Assembly: GCA_965113315.1 (NCBI GenBank) | Contig: OZ220373.1 | DNA: 64,000 nucleotides | Direction: 5' to 3' (one strand) | Origin: Podarcis vaucheri | Lineage: Eukaryota | In this document: positions 62,363 to 64,000 of the stretch, piece by piece | Layout of the letters: every line of letters starts with the position of its first letter | Numbering within the stretch: the stretch's first letter is position 1 | Program-made: the position numbers and the translations under genes | Notes under the pieces: model-generated | Database searches by the model: none | Told to the model about the DNA's origin: nothing | What the model saw: only the letters and a program-made list of their open reading frames with translations

Positions 62363-63901
62363 GCACGCGCACTCAAGACAGAAGACCTGGATGCAACACT
62401 GGATTCTTCTCGTTCCACCTGTGCGGAGTTTGATCACTCAACGGACAGGCTAAGTGAGAGCTCGGCAGCAGCGGCTCAGGAGATCAGCTGCTCTTCGCTG
62501 AGCTTAGCACAAGCTCAGGAAGAGGCGAGCAGTAACGAAGTGAAAATCAGACAGCTGCAAGACAACTTAAAGGAAGTGCAAAAGAGGCTGGACAGCTCAG
62601 AAGCGAAGAGGCGGCATTTGGAGACGCAGCTTCAGTCCGGAACACTGGATACCCTTTGCTTGCTGAACAGCTCTGACATTTCCGAAAATGGCTCCGACCT
62701 CAATCAGAAACTGAGAGAAACCCAAAGCAAATACGAAGAAGCGATGAAGGAAGTCCTGCACGTCCAGAGGCAGATGAAGCTAGGCCTGGTGGCTTCCGAA
62801 AGCAAAGAGGCGGACCTGCAGGAGCTCAGAGCCACGTGTGAGGAAGTCGAGGCGCTGAAGGAAGAACTGCAGAAGGTGCAAGAAGAGGGCGAGAGGCTCC
62901 GAGCGAAAGTGAGAGAGCTGGAGGAGAAGCTGGCGGAGAGAGAGAGGGATGCGGCCGGCACGATGTCAGCAGAAGAATGCGAGGAGATGAGGAGCTCCTA
63001 TTGCTTGGTTATTGAGAACATCAACCAGGAGAAGGCGCTTCTGATTGAGAGGTACAAGGAGGGACAGGAGGAAATCAGGAAGCTCCAAGAGAAGCTGAGA
63101 TGCCAGATGGAGTCTGGGCAAGGTGAGGAAGCTGAGGAGGTGAGAGATGCAAAGAACCAGATGATCACCGAGTTGAACAGGCAGGTCAGCAAGCTCTCCC
63201 AGCTGTACAAAGAAGCCCAGGCGGAACTTGAAGATTGCAAGAAAAGAGGTGTTGCAGAGGATGCCGATTCAGGATGCATCCCTCTGGAGGAACACGAGAA
63301 GCTGATGGAGGTCACCGTCTTGCAGAGAGAGCAAGCTGAGGGCGCCCTGTTGGAAATGAAGGCCCAGTATGCAAAAGTGTTGAGCGAAGCAACCCAGCTC
63401 CAGAACCTGGTTGATTCCCAGAAGAAGAACTCTGTCTCCATAACGGAGCACCTCCAGGTGGTCACTGCTCTCAGGGCTTCGCTGAAGGAAATGGAAGAAG
63501 AAATCGGCGAGCTCAAAATGCAGATTCTGCACAAGGAAAGCGAGGTGCAGCGACTGCAGAGGGAGCTCTTGGAAGAGGAAGCCGCTGTGTGCGAAGCTAT
63601 GGTGCCCAGGGCATTGTATGAAGAGCTGCGATCTACTTCAGAGGGAGAAGTCAACTCCATGCTGTCCAAAGTGAAGGACTTGACAAAAGAGAGAGAAAAC
63701 CTGTCTGTAGATCTTGCTCATTTGAGGAAGGAAATCTCACAAGTGAAAGGGGAGAAAGAGAGCCTCCGGACTCTCCTTGAAGCCAAGGAACAGGAAGTCA
63801 AAAGACTGCTTCATCAGTACCATCAAGCTCAAGAAGAGCTGCTTGAAATGAAAAAGGCCTCTGAGAATTCCTCGAAACTAGAAGAGGATAAAGATAGGAA
63901 G
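62363..63901 (+). CDS. RAI14: RAI14 large coiled-coil exon (~15), 513 codons
   Basis: ctacag|GCA ... AGGAAG|gttggt; lies inside ORF 62330-63937; E/K/L/Q-rich heptads including ETQSKYEEAMKEV and NSVSITEHLQV. Confidence 0.96.
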
Positions 63902-64000
63902 GTTGGTAGATCCTCAGTCTTTTTGGGGGTGGGGTGAGCACATTTGGAACAATAAGAAAATGTCGTAGATCAAAAACAGTTGCCATGCAGAGGCCCACTT

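Larger units (their letters stand above)
31870..63901 (+). other. RAI14: RAI14 (ankycorbin) gene, partial: 13 internal coding exons, 875 codons when spliced; gene extends beyond both window edges
   Basis: All 13 exons have AG/GT boundaries and compatible phases (131+89+65+58+71+107+179+29+90+87+61+119+1539 = 2625 nt). The peptide [16 protein letters not shown]...SSKLEEDKDRK is colinear with vertebrate RAI14 as I recall it. Confidence 0.96.

Noticed and set aside
62998-63669. 223-aa antisense ORF (also 62704-62961 and 63269-63532)
   Set aside because: Ser/Phe-rich shadow of the GAG/GAA/AAG-rich coiled-coil exon; no independent gene signal.
31870-63901. Alternative identity as the paralogues UACA or ANKRD24
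   Set aside because: [27 protein letters not shown] and [11 protein letters not shown] match RAI14 as I recall it; UACA has DWNKYDDRLMKAAE.

Overview
This is vertebrate genomic DNA, very probably from a lacertid lizard, judged from its Sauria SINEs, tRNA-Lys/CR1 SINEs, young CR1 and Tigger-type MITEs. The whole window appears to lie inside one + strand gene, RAI14 (ankycorbin/NORPEG). Thirteen GT-AG coding exons between 31870 and 63901 splice into a continuous 2625-nt (875-codon) frame: ankyrin repeats, a Ser/Pro-rich linker with a PKKRK NLS, then a long coiled coil. The start-codon exon and the last exons were not found here, so 1-31869 is inferred to be intron. The introns hold CR1, L2, RTE, Rex/Babar and L1-like LINE fragments, several SINE families, Tigger and hAT MITEs and microsatellites. 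I cannot support a wholly new biological system. The best leads are RNA-level: (1) a tandem TACTAAC/ACTAAC branch-point/QKI element before the in-frame NLS exon; (2) four relics of a Penelope-type minimal hammerhead ribozyme, one split by a SINE; (3) near-identical inverted CR1 copies bracketing an exon; (4) a three-level SINE>hAT>CR1 nest with a perfect TSD. Exon numbers follow mammalian RAI14 from memory, and repeat family names come from recognition, not database searches.
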